This document shows positions 13,293 through 25,588 of a DNA stretch of 64,000 bases, piece after piece (the first letter of the stretch is position 1; the number at the start of each line of letters is the position of its first letter). Under the pieces are notes generated by a model that did no database searches, was not told the DNA's origin, and saw nothing but the letters and a program-made list of their open reading frames with translations. The stretch is from positions 12,586,001-12,650,000 of the forward strand of contig NW_025964112.1 in assembly GCF_023055435.1 (NCBI RefSeq), written 5' to 3'. The DNA comes from Haliotis rufescens. Taxonomy: Eukaryota. A program made the position numbers and the translations under genes.

Positions 13293-13336
13293 GATCACTG
13301 GGCTGGGTAAGCGTGATAAAGTTAAAGCTCGGTGTG

Positions 13337-13366
13337 TTTTATACCCTAGCTTGACGGAAGTGTCAA
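13337..13366 (-). promoter_or_regulatory. TATA box (TATAAAA) with adjacent TTGAC-GGAAGT-GTCAA element
   Basis: 45 nt upstream of the ATG; conserved before the exon-1 copies (14571, 23692, 58626 etc.). Confidence 0.65.
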
Positions 13367-13559
13367 TGTAAATATTGATTATCATCCACCAGGCATCATG
13401 ATCTCTTTCTGCGTGGTCAGCATCAAAATATGAACAGCTGGCGGGACATCTATCAGGTACGGATTTTTTTCTCCTCCATCTGAGCTGATATTGGATCTTT
13501 GCAATCAATGAGTGTGAGAATATTATTTAACGCCGCAATCATCGACATACCAGCTGTGT

Positions 13560-13840
13560 TGGATCCGTGTAAGAATAGGTTTTCAGCAACCCATGCTTGC
13601 TGTAAAAGCGACTATGCTTGTCGTAAGAGGCGACTAACGGGATCATGTGGTCAGGTTCGCTGACTTGGTTGATGCAATACATCGTATCCCAATTGCGTGG
13701 ATCGATGCTCATGATGTCATAGTCACTGGATTGTCTGGTCCAGACTCGAGTATTTACAGACTGCTGCCATATAGCTGGAATATTGCTGAGGGCGGCGTTA
13801 AACAACAAACAAACATACATACATACATACATACATACAT
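13560..13840 (+). mobile_element. SINE family B with (CATA)n tail
   Basis: Family consensus; counterpart at the end of every 3618-bp unit and at 58850. Confidence 0.85.
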
Positions 13841-14250
13841 AACTAAATATGAATGAACAATGAATGTGCATAAGAAAAAACAGGATATATAGCCATGTTT
13901 TCGGCCGTGGTGTTATAATAAGTTAACGTTTATCACCAATGTCCATATATGCGTCCCTCGTTAGGTTTTATACCTAACTCAGGAAGCATACAACCCACAT
14001 GTACCCGTCTTGATACTGCTACAACATATATTATTATCTGAGACTTTATGAGGAGTATAAGAAGGAAACATACCTCAGTCTCAAGAACGAGAGTTTATGT
14101 AAGCCACATGTAATTTCCTCAGCTTATAAATTGAACTCTCATTGGAGATGAGTTTTGTGATTCTATCGGGTCAACATTTCTGTAATTAAGTGATCATGTA
14201 ACATTGGTCAGCAGTGCATCTTTGTCCCGTAGAGCGAATTTCATTGATTC

Positions 14251-14526
14251 TTAACCTGATGCGACTAGAGCTCTTGTAATGTTCGCGAGCAGTTCGTCTT
14301 TGCCTTGAAGATTAGATGTCATTGATAACATCTTCCTTTCACTCCTCTGTTGACGTGATTCTATGGCCTTCAGTTTTGTTGACATCATAGCTACAGTGCG
14401 TTCCAGTCGAAGCATGGCGGTGAACAAACCATCTAAATTGGTACTCGGTCTGTTGTGTACTGCAGGGCTACTGGAGGCAGAGGCAGCAACAACAAACAAC
14501 GCCAGCACAAACATACAACGCATCAT
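14251..14526 (-). pseudogene. Orphan C1qDC exon 1 (open 91-aa ORF, no canonical donor, no own gC1q exon)
   Basis: Intact TATA, signal peptide and coiled coil ending RALVASG*; the copy at 59.65 kb has CAA at this stop. Confidence 0.7.
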
Positions 14527-14931
14527 GATCACTGGGCTGGGTAAGCATGGTACAGTAGAAGCCTGGTGTGTTTTATACCCTAGCTTGACGGAAGTGTCAA
14601 TGTTATCATCCGCTTGTTTTACAATTTGGTTCAAAACGTGAAGCATCATTCTCTCATTCTGAGTAGCCAGTAATAAAATATGAACCGCTGACGGGCCATA
14701 TATCACTTCCGATAACATGTCCAATTCCTGACATAGCTTATGCCTTTGACGTCCACAGTATATCAATAGCCAACCTTAATGGTAATGACTATAACTTATA
14801 CGTTGGAAACACAGCACTGATGTTTTATCTTACATTTGAGCATAGGATTCTGAAAATGAGCGAGTGTGAGAATATTGTTCAACGCTACTGTCAGTTATAC
14901 TATTTGCTCTACTCACCACATATTGTATGAC

Positions 14932-15188
14932 ATGAAGACCCGGGGTAGAATAGGTCTTCAGCAACCCATGCTTGCCGTAAAAGGCGACTTTGCTTGTCGT
15001 AAAAGGCGACTAACGGGATCGGGTGGTCAGGCTCGCTGACTTGGTTGATGCATGTCATCGATCCCAATTGCGTGGATCGATGCTCATGATATTGATCACT
15101 GGATTTTCTGGTCCAGACTCGATTATTTACAGACCGCCGTCATATAGCTGGAATATTGCTTAGTGCGGCGTTTAACAACAAACCAACC
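14932..15188 (+). mobile_element. SINE family B
   Basis: Family consensus. Confidence 0.85.
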
Positions 15189-15305
15189 AATACTGTAAGG
15201 GACATTCTCGCGATCTCGCATTTTCGCGATTTCGACCTTTGGAAACGAGGTAAATATGCCCAAAACACGAGAATGCGAGATCGCGAGAATGTCCCTTACA
15301 GTATT
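15189..15305. mobile_element. Miniature inverted-repeat element
   Basis: Perfect 34-bp inverted repeat AATACTGTAAGGGACATTCTCGCGATCTCGCATT. Confidence 0.75.
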
Positions 15306-16439
15306 CCATAATTAACTGACAAAGTCATGCGCACTTTATCTCCCAAACCAGTGGGTGCGTTAGTATTTAGCGTCTCCTCGACAATATGTCGTCAATATGT
15401 TGGCCAAAATCTCGCGTTCTCGCGATCTCAACTTCAAGGATATCTTTCATCTTAACTGAATTCCGTTTGTCCTCATAGAGACTTGTTCTGACAAGAACGG
15501 CCCATCTGTCTATCGAACGGTATGCGGCCTCTATATCTGCTCGTTGTAATTAGAAGAACACCGGCGAATGGTTATGTATATACGAATCGGATCAGCCGTG
15601 TTATGTTCAGTGATATGATGTGGAACAGGTTGAGATGATAAATTTTGAACATATTAATTGACTTATATTTCATTTGCCTACCCATGAGGATACGGTGGAG
15701 AATAGGCCTCCAGATCCCCATACTTGTCGTACTGGACATCTAAAGGGGACCAGACTCTGTGCCGGGATGATGATGTGTTATCCTGCCCGGATGCTGATGA
15801 TCGTTGCTCGTGTTTCCAGTCACTGGATTATCTGGCCCAGGTAATGACTTTGTATAGGCCGCCATAGTATGGCTGGAATACTGCTGATTGCGGAATTGAA
15901 CGTCACTCAATCATTTAATCAGTTAGGCTTCGACAGTGTAGTTTAGATTTCTAATAGACACGTGTTCATTGATCTATTGATCTGTAAGATTTAAGGCGGA
16001 CACTGATCACTAAATATATTTGAAAAGCAAATGGAAGCCATGAATCAATGGCTTCTAAATGCAAACTGAGCAGATAACGAACCGGGAACGATATGTAAAC
16101 TCTAAATATTGCTAGTTGATCTAACCGAATGATATATGATTCTCAATTGTATTTCAAAATAAACACGTTCAATTTTGGAGTTTAATTATTGAATATATGT
16201 ATGGGTCGTGTCATTTTGCTGTGAAAGCAAAGTCACATATATGTGTGATATATGCTCGGGTGTTTGTTAGTGCCAGTGCGTCCTTTCGTCAAACAATACA
16301 CTCTTTAATACTTACTCGGCAATCACACTCGAACTATTGAGGAAGCGACACTAAATACTAATACACCCATAAATGGAGAGAAATGTAGTGCACACGAATT
16401 ATCTTGTATTAGTTGATGATTTCCTTTTATTGTATACTG

Positions 16440-16633
16440 TTTGTTTGTTTGTTTGTTTGTTTCATAAGCTATATGACGGCGGTCTGTAAATAATCGAGTC
16501 TGGACCAGACAATCCAGTGCTGGATATCATGAACGTCGATCCACGCAATTGGGATCGATGACAAGCATCAACCAAGTCAACGGATCTGACCACCCAACCC
16601 CGTTAGTCGCCTTACGGCAAGCATGGGTTGTTC
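16440..16633 (-). mobile_element. SINE family B, 5'-truncated
   Basis: Reverse complement of the consensus; TSD ATTGTATACTG. Confidence 0.85.
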
Positions 16634-18734
16634 ATTGTATACTGACAAAGATACTGCATGATTTTTATTATAACAAGATTGTATTTTAAATCGTTACGAA
16701 TCATTAGCGTAACACGGGGAACTTTAACCCTGTCTTTTATTAAGGCTCAAATGCACCAATTTAAATGTATTAGTGGGTGACATCAAACATGAAAAATCAA
16801 ACAGACAAGCAGCTTTGCAAGAGTCAACAGAAGGATGTAAACGAGGGTGTATGTAAAGGGAAGCAACTCCGGCCGTAATCTAGACTGCCCGAAGTGACGT
16901 AAAAGCAGCTCTGTTGATGTAATTTACAAACAGCCCGTTTTCATTCAGGTTTCTCTATGACTGAAACTTAAATGAATAAAGTAATGTAATGGTGTGTAAG
17001 TGTAAATGCTTCCTGGTGTATTTGGTACCTGTACTGTCTTTTATTCCGGTTAATTAAGTCTCAACTGCAATTCGTCCTTCTCTTTCTCAGTTCGTTATAT
17101 CCAAGTGGTCCTGAGTCGGGCGTGTTTGATCATCAAGGCTCCATCTTTATGGAAATAGGTTACTCTGATGAATGATATTTTACTCTACTCAACAAGCAAC
17201 AAAGCTTTGTTTGGATGAACGCGCGACTTCCTTAAGTCACTACTTTAGTGACTCATAAAAACTGCAGAAAAGAAAAGTTATTTGGTGCAAGGAAATATCA
17301 TCTAACGAAGAAACATTTGTGAGTTGTGTCACTGTGTCAAATTTAAAGTTTTATGTGATGATTTGGACAAAATTAATTAAATCTGATATAAATGTAATGA
17401 GGTGGCATAACAAATTATAGTACATACAAATTTCCATTGAAGTGACTCCGCCGTGGTTTTGACGAATCATAATCGGGACGAATATTATATTATATTTCAC
17501 GCCCAGATCAGTGGATCCTGACAAGAGGGGGCCCCTTTTTTTTGAAATATCTAAATCCTCACTCAGTGAGGGATTGGGGGATTGTCTACAACTTACTACA
17601 TTTTGTTTTCAAAAGGGATGCTAGCCCACTGATATACCATGCCGCAGATCAACATACCCCTCTCAGGCACAGTATACTTGCTCAGAGCCGACCAGTCCTT
17701 ATTTGATCCAAGACCTAGACAGGGTAACAACAAGTACCATCTTTTAACGTCTTTTGGTATGACGCGTCCGGGGATTGATCCGGTGTAAGCAATGTTTAAC
17801 CTGGCTGATTGTGTATCACTGTATACTTTCACCCTGTACCATTATCCGGGCTGTATTACTTACATGTTGTACCCGTGAAGATCCGGGTTAGAGGAGGTCT
17901 CCAAGCTGTCAAAATAGTGTTGACTGTCACATGTAGCAGCACTCATACACTTACTTAGTTTATATATAGGTTAGAGCACGGGGACCGACAGTTTTAACGA
18001 TAAGACATAAGAAATGCATGTCCCGGGGCTCGTAAACATTTCAGATAGAACCAACTCGAGAATATTTATCAATCAGTTAAATATTACTTGCCCGTGTAGC
18101 CGGGCCCATTATGAGCAAATACAGCCCTGATCAATATAAGAGTAGTTTTGAGTACGTATGATGCATAGAATAACATTAAAACCTACTGCATAAAGCACAT
18201 ATTTCAAGGTTCATGTACGTATAAACTGTTAGTCCTGATGTAAGTAAATATTTAGTTGTTAATGTCATAACATTTCTTCCATTTCGCCGTGACAGACGAC
18301 TACATTTGTGAGCCTTTCGTGCGGACTTCGCCGGCTCGAATACCGCTGGTGACACACATTTTTTGTAAAATTGTTCTGTCGTCAAGGGAAACGGTATGGA
18401 AAGAAAGAAACTCCATCACTGCCAATTGGTGTTTAACTAACGATGTACTCCGGTAGTTAATGCAGGGTCAAAGACAAAGGAAAAAAAGATTTATTTCCAT
18501 TACAACGTGCTTGCCAGACAGAGCCAGTTGACATGACTCCACATTTTCCCTTTCTGAGGGGTATGCCAAACGTACCGTAAAAGGTGCCTATAAACAGTGA
18601 GAGACGGCCTGCTTCGGGGAACATGGATATTTGACATAAATTAGGTGTGTCGTCGTGTCAATTCCTGAGCCGTTGACGGAATCTAATATCTATTCCTAAT
18701 TGTGTGTCGCCTCGTAGCATGTGAAATTGACTTT

Positions 18735-19400
18735 ACACATTGTCTCCTTGTCGCCCTTCCAAAAACAAGCAAAAAGTGTCAAAAGTAACCAAAGCGCGAC
18801 ATTGCGACACCACAATCTTTTTATCCACAATGCGACAACGCAACATATTTTGACCTTGAAAAAATGTCGCGTTGTCGCATTGTCGCGCTTTACATCTTCT
18901 TTTTTATTTTACCAAAGCGCGACAATGCAACAATGCGACATTTTTTCAAGGTCAAAATATGTTGCGTTGTCGCATTGTCTTCTCATAAAAAATGTGTGAA
19001 GAAGGCGTTAAAATGTGCGACGATGGGACATCGCGACATTCCAGGGGTCTTAAGTTAGTTCCAATGGTTCTAAAACCAGAGTAGCAATGACAATGTGGTT
19101 TGCATTTCTCAAACTGATAATGCGCATGCGCACCATTAATCGACTAGGGCGACAACGCGACAATGCGACATTATCAAAATGTTGCAATGTCGCATGGTCG
19201 CGTTGTCGCGCATTTTAACGCCTTCTTCACACATTTTGTATGAGGCGACAATACGACAACGCGACATATTTTCACCTTGAAAAATGTCACATTGTCACAT
19301 TGTCGCAATAAATTGGCTAATTTTGACACTTTTTGCTTGTTTTTGGAAGGTCGACAAAACGACAATGCGACAACGCGACAATGTCCCTTCTAGTATTCCA
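18735..19400. mobile_element. Foldback element, duplicate of 10070-10705
   Basis: Collinear identity. Confidence 0.8.
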
Positions 19401-19853
19401 TAGAAAACGTACTTTCCTCTAATACCATAAGAATATAACAATACTGTTTACTGAAACGTTAAAATCACTCTTTCCACTTCTGTGCTCAGCCATGAAGATC
19501 CGGGTTAGAATAGGTGTTCAGCAACCAATGCTTGCCATAAAAGAAGACTATGCTTGTCGTAAGAGGTGACCAACAGGATCGGGTGGTCACGCTCACTGAC
19601 TTGGTTGATGCATGTCATCGCATCACAATTGCGTGGATCGATGCTCATGATGTCAATCACTGGATTGTCTGGTCCAGACCGCCGTCGTATAGCTGCAATA
19701 TTGCTGAGTGCGGCAAACAAACAAACAAACCTCACTCACTCACTATTATAATAGTATTAATGATCAGAAGTCAGAAAAAACACCTTCAAGTGGTATGTTT
19801 ATTTATGTTTGTGCATCAGTGTACACTGCAATGGCATTGGAATGCCAGCTTCA

Positions 19854-22066
19854 TTAATCTACGTGTGTAAGCATTCCTCCATAACTTGAAAATGTGTCTC
19901 CTCTCAGCGGAATGGTTGCTGTTGGGCTGTTATAAGCATCCATCCAGACCTGGTCTCCTTGGTTCAAGTGTGTAGTAGTGGTGATGGATGCTACACCATA
20001 TTGCTGCCCAGTGATATAACCACGAGCAATCATCGAGCTTTCTCTGAAGATGCGGAGATCCATGTCGGCGCTAGATCTTACCATCACATTTGCCAAGAAG
20101 AGGTATGTGCCAGAAACGGGGGCCGTGAATATGCCAGTAGCCTTGTTATAAGCATTCCCCTTGTTATAATTATAGGGGTATTACACTTAGTGATGTATTG
20201 GGTAAAATATTTACTTTTATTCTTAATAAACGGCTTACTATGTTTTGTGACATTTACGATAAGATACCAGAGTCTCAGGCAGGTTTTAGGGCTGGATACA
20301 GCACCGTTGATAATATATTTGTGTTGCAAAGTCTAATACAGAAATACTTATCTAAAGCTAATGGCAGATTTTACTGTTTATTTGTTGATTTTAGAAAAGC
20401 CTTTGATTGTGTAAATAGGAAATTGTTGTGGTATGTCATGTTAAATAAGGGTATACATGGAAAGTTATTTTATGTCATTAAAGATATGTATTTAAAAGTG
20501 AAATCGGCTGTAAAGTTATCAAATAGCACAGCAACTTGCTACTTTGAAACGCTAAGTGGTGTACGCCAAGGCTGCACCCTTAGCCCTATATTGTTCTCTT
20601 TGCTTATTGTTGAATTAGAATCAATGTTGCACTCCTCCGGCGAGAGGGGAATATTTGTGAGTCAAGAATCTCTAGACATTCTGTTGTTACTATATGCCGA
20701 TGATTTGTGCATAATTGATGATACTGTAGTTGGTCTCCAACGAAAACTTAATATCCTTAAATCTTTCTGTACTAAATGGGGTTTAGAAGTTAACCATAGT
20801 AAGACTGAAATTTTAGTTTTCAGAAATGGTGGAAAACTTAGGAGTACTGAGAAATGGAGGTTTGGAGATGTTAATGTTAAAGTATCTACCTATTATAATT
20901 ATCTAGGTTTGTTATTTTCAAATCGGCTGTGTTGGACGACTGGTATCAACTCTCTTGTTCAGAAGGCAAATAAGGCTCTGTTCGTCGTTAAGAAATTACA
21001 GCATTGTTTAAAGAACATACCCGTACATATACTTTTTAAAATATTTGACATTCAAATTAAGCCTGTATTATTATACACTTCAGAAATATGGGGCTATTCA
21101 AAAATTGCAGCTATTGAAAAATTTCAGATTAAATTCTGTAAATTTACTATTGGAATTGGAAGTCATGTTACAAATGTTGCTGCCCTTGGCGAATGTGGTA
21201 GATATGGCTTATTTATTGATTATCACAAGAGATGTATTAAATATTGGTTGAAATTGTTATCTTTACCCAGTTATAGATACCCTAAGCAATGTTATTTAAT
21301 GCTGAAATCTTTAGATGAAGTTAATCGCACTACATGGGTAACTTGTGTCAAAAGACTATTATTCAGTTATGGATTTGGCCACGTGTGGATTTCGCAGGAA
21401 GTTGGTAATGAGAACCTCTTTATTAATGCATTTATTCAAAGGTTAAAAGACTGTAACCAACAGGACTGGTATTGTAAAGTTTGTGAAATACGTAAATTAT
21501 CAATGTATAAGGAATATAAGTCATTGCTAACAGTTGAAAAGTATCTCTGTGAAATCACAAGCCGTCATTATAGACGTATGTTTTGTTTGTTAAGAATTGG
21601 CGAGTTGCCATTGATGGTAAATTTAGGTAGAAGATGCGGTATAGAGTACTGTAATAGGCAGTGCAGATATTGTAATTTACAGGAAATTGAAGATGAGTTT
21701 CATTTTATGCTTGTCTGCCCATGTTACAGATATTTAAGAAATAAGTATTTACCTATTTATTACTCTTCCAATCCTACCTTATTTAAATATAATACTCTAT
21801 TATCTTGTAACCGCACTAGTATTGTAACTAATTGTGTTAAGTATATACTGGAAGCACTTGCAATCCGAAATACTGTCACTTAATACCCTCTGTCATCTGC
21901 CTCATACTGTATTTTTCAATGAGTATTTGTACGTGGGCCTATGGCCTTTATACTGAAATAAAGAATTGAATCCCCTTGTTATATGAGACGGTGTCAAATT
22001 TCAAAGGCTTTCCTCCAATTTGGTTGATGTCTGACGGAAGGGAAACGCTGTACGCCACGTCGGTTG
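19854..22066 (-). pseudogene. C1qDC gene B, exon 2 (gC1q) interrupted by a LINE
   Basis: 22066-21971 encodes TDVAYSVSLPSDINQIGGKPLKFDTVSYNKG; 20168-19854 encodes the remainder with no other disabling change. Confidence 0.92.
20169..21970 (+). mobile_element. Young 5'-truncated non-LTR retrotransposon (RTE-X/CR1-group-like) with an open RT plus C-terminal CCHC frame
   Basis: NYRGITL, QAGFR, FVDFRKAFD, GVRQG, YADD, YLG and CxxC..EDEFHFMLVC motifs; stop at 21883; AATAAAGAATTGAA end; TSD TCCCCTTGTTATA at 20156-20168 and 21971-21983; no endonuclease domain. Confidence 0.95.
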
Positions 22067-23647
22067 CTTTATTGGAAAACAAAAATTGAAAACGTATATG
22101 TATATATTTCGATGTAGGAGTACCACTCTATTATTCAACTTAAATCTTTTGAAAAATGATTGAAATGATTCTGTCAATAGGATTTACTGGAGATTATGAT
22201 AGGTACTATTTGTGCAAAGGAGATACCATCGCTGTGTTGAGAGAAGTCATTCACTGCCAGGTTGACATAACATGGGTTAATTATGTGAATGTGTGAATGT
22301 AATGATTACTATTGGAGATGTACCGTAACGACATTTCAGATTAGACATTTTCAGATTATCTTTCAGACCTATTCGAAAAAAAGAACTTTTGATTCAAACG
22401 GTTTAGTAACAATGGTTATGCTAGGATTGATACATGTATGAACGTTCACCATAGTATCACATGCATAATTACAAATTTTAATACTTTAACAATTAGTGTT
22501 CAAAAGATAACACAATTATTATGGCAATGACTAAATCCAGAGGGGGCACGAGGGGCCTAGTCGTCTGAGGTGTCACGATTCGCTGTGCAGAGTTGCGTCC
22601 CTTGGGCACGCCAGTAAGCTATGATTGTGGGTTCTAATCCCGGTTCACCCCAATTGTGTTTCTAGGTTTGTCAGTACCCGTGCTCGTGGGTTTCACCGAA
22701 GTGGTAAACGTCTGAGACATGCATGACTTCGGGTGTTCCTCCCACATTAAGCCGACACGACGGCTCGGGGTACATAGGGTACATCTCACTATATGCCCCG
22801 AGAGATTAGTTGACAACGAATATATCTCACCGAAATTTATTCATACAGACCCGGAATACATGTCCGAGTAAAACGTTTTGATTCAGCCATTTTCACAGCG
22901 AGCAGACGAGGCAAACCGAATTACTTCCCTTTACCCAATGCATTCGGATAAACACCGGTTCGTTTCAGGTCAACGATATTTATGCGAGGCAAGCAAGTTA
23001 CCTTAGGTGTGTTCCAATTGACTTCTCAGGGTATATGAGCGGGTTACATGTCAATTAATTGCCCGTTCCTTAACTAATCAGAAGCTAGTAGTTTAATGTA
23101 TGATGCGACAAGTAGGGTTTTCTACCTCTCAAGAACGACAGTATGGAATTTCCTCAGTTTATAAATCTCACGATCATGGGAGATAAGTTCGGTGATTCTA
23201 ACGGGTCAACATTTCAGTACTTACCAATCTTCCTTTCACTCCTCTCTTGACGTGAGTCTATGGCCTTCAGTTTTGTTGCCATGACAATTACAGTGCGTTC
23301 CAGTCGAAGCATGGCGGTTAACAAACTATCAAAAACTCTTTCCGATTCTTAACCTGATGCGACGGACTTGTAAGTCTATACTTACCGAGAGCTCTTGTAA
23401 TGTTGGCGAGCAGTGCGTCTTTGCCTTGAAGATTAGATGTCATTGATAAAATCTTCCTTTCACTCCTCTGTTGACGTGATTCCATGGCCTTCAGTTTTGT
23501 TGACATCACAGCTACAGTGCGTTCCAGTCGAAGCATAGCGGTGAACACACTATTTATAACACAGCTCGATGTGTTACCCGACGCTGGGCTGCTGGAGGTA
23601 GAGGCAGCAACAACAAACAACGCCAGCACAAACATACAACGCATCAT
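21948..23647 (-). CDS. Truncated C1qDC cassette 1 (exons 23647-23386 and 22066-21948; ~126 aa)
   Basis: Intact TATA, ATG, donor and acceptor; reads into the antisense LINE as IQFFISV*. Confidence 0.6.
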
Positions 23648-24190
23648 GATCATTGGGCTGGGTAAGCATGGTACAGTAAAAGCTCGGTGTGTTTTATACC
23701 CTAGCCTGACGGAAGTGTCAATGTTAATATTGATTATCATCCACCAGGCATCATGATCTCTTTCTGCGTGGTCAGCATCAAAATATGAACAGCTGGCGGG
23801 CCATCTATCAGGTACGGACTTTTTTTCTCCTCCATGTGAGCTGATATTGGATCTTTGCAATCAATGAGTGTGAGAATATTATTTAACGCCGCAATCATCG
23901 ACATTCCAGCTGTGTTGGATCCGGGTAAGAATCGGTCTTCAGCAACCCATGCTTGCTGTAAAAGCGACTATGCTTGTCTTGTCGTAAAAGGCGACTAACG
24001 GAATCATGTGGTCAGGTTCGCTGACTTGGTTGATGCAATACATCGTATCCCAATTGCGTGGATCGATGCTCATGATGTCACAGTCACTGGATTGTCTGGT
24101 CCAGACTCGAGTATTAACAGACTGCCGTCATATAGCTGGACTATTGCTGAGGGCGGCGTTAAACAACAAACAAACATACATACATATGTA

Positions 24191-25588
24191 TGCACCCTTA
24201 GCCCTATATTGTTCTCTTTGCTTATTGTTGAATTAGAATCAATGTTGCACTCCTCCGGCGAGAGGGGAATATTTGTGAGTCAAGAATCTCTAGACATTCT
24301 GTTGTTACTATATGCCGATGATTTGTGCATAATTGATGATACTGTAGTTGGTCTCCAACGAAAACTTAATATCCTTAAATCTTTCTGTACTAAATGGGGT
24401 TTAGAAGTTAACCATAGTAAGACTGAAATTTTAGTTTTCAGAAATGGTGGAAAACTTAGGAGTACTGAGAAATGGAGGTTTGGAGATGTTAATGTTAAAG
24501 TATCTACCTATTATAATTATCTAGGTTTGTTATTTTCAAATCGGCTGTGTTGGACGACTGGTATCAACTCTCTTGTTCAGAAGGCAAATAAGGCTCTGTT
24601 CGTCGTTAAGAAATTACAGCATTGTTTAAAGAACATACCCGTACATATACTTTTTAAAATATTTGACATTCAAATTAAGCCTGTATTATTATACACTTCA
24701 GAAATATGGGGCTATTCAAAAATTGCAGCTATTGAAAAATTTCAGATTAAATTCTGTAAATTTACTATTGGAATTGGAAGTCATGTTACAAATGTTGCTG
24801 CCCTTGGCGAATGTGGTAGATATGGCTTATTTATTGATTATCACAAGAGATGTATTAAGTATTGGTTGAAATTGTTATCTTTACCCAGTTATAGATACCC
24901 TAAGCAATGTTATTTAATGCTGAAATCTTTAGATGAAGTTAATCGCACTACATGGGTAACTTGTGTCAAAAGACTATTATTCAGTTATGGATTTGGCCAC
25001 GTGTGGATTTCGCAGGAAGTTGGTAATGAGAACCTCTTTATTAATGCATTTATTCAAAGGTTAAAAGACTGTAACCAACAGGACTGGTATTGTAAAGTTT
25101 GTGAAATACGTAAATTATCAATGTATAAGGAATATAAGTCATTGCTAACAGTTGAAAAGTATCTCTGTGAAATCACAAGCCGTCATTATAGACGTATGTT
25201 TTGTTTGTTAAGAATTGGCGAGTTGCCATTGATGGTAAATTTAGGTAGAAGATGCGGTATAGAGTACTGTAATAGGCAGTGCAGATATTGTAATTTACAG
25301 GAAATTGAAGATGAGTTTCATTTTATGCTTGTCTGCCCATGTTACAGATATTTAAGAAATAAGTATTTACCTATTTATTACTCTTCCAATCCTACCTTAT
25401 TTAAATATAATACTATATTATCTTGTAACCGCACTAGTATTGTAACTAATTGTGTTAAGTATATACTGGAAGCACTTGCAATCCGAAATACTGTCACTTA
25501 ATACCCTCTGTCATCTGCCTCATACTGTATTTTTCAATGAGTATTTGTACGTGGGCCTATGGCCTTTATACTGAAATAAAGAATTGAA
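24191..25588 (+). mobile_element. Duplicated LINE 3' part (RT lacks its N-terminal motifs)
   Basis: Near-identical to 20573-21970; begins at CTLSP. Confidence 0.93.

Larger units (their letters stand above)
7623..13840. repeat. Segmental duplication unit, paralogous to ~16931-24186
   Basis: Collinear downstream flank, foldback element, SINE, gC1q exon, intron and exon 1; offset 8701 at the stop codons. Confidence 0.9.

Noticed and set aside
19854-22066. Diversity-generating retroelement (RT beside variable ligand-binding domains)
   Set aside because: The RT is an ordinary LINE with TSD, 3' tail and 5' truncation; there is no TR/VR pair, and the head differences are not adenine-specific
23648-23860. 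N-terminal extensions of the 171-197 aa exon-1 ORFs in the track
   Set aside because: They extend upstream of the TATA box, and most start at non-ATG codons; the signal peptide begins at M(I)MMRCM
24008-25501. Five independent active LINE insertions or functional RT genes
   Set aside because: Identical breakpoints and flanks show segmental duplication; copies 2-5 lack the first catalytic motifs and all lack an endonuclease
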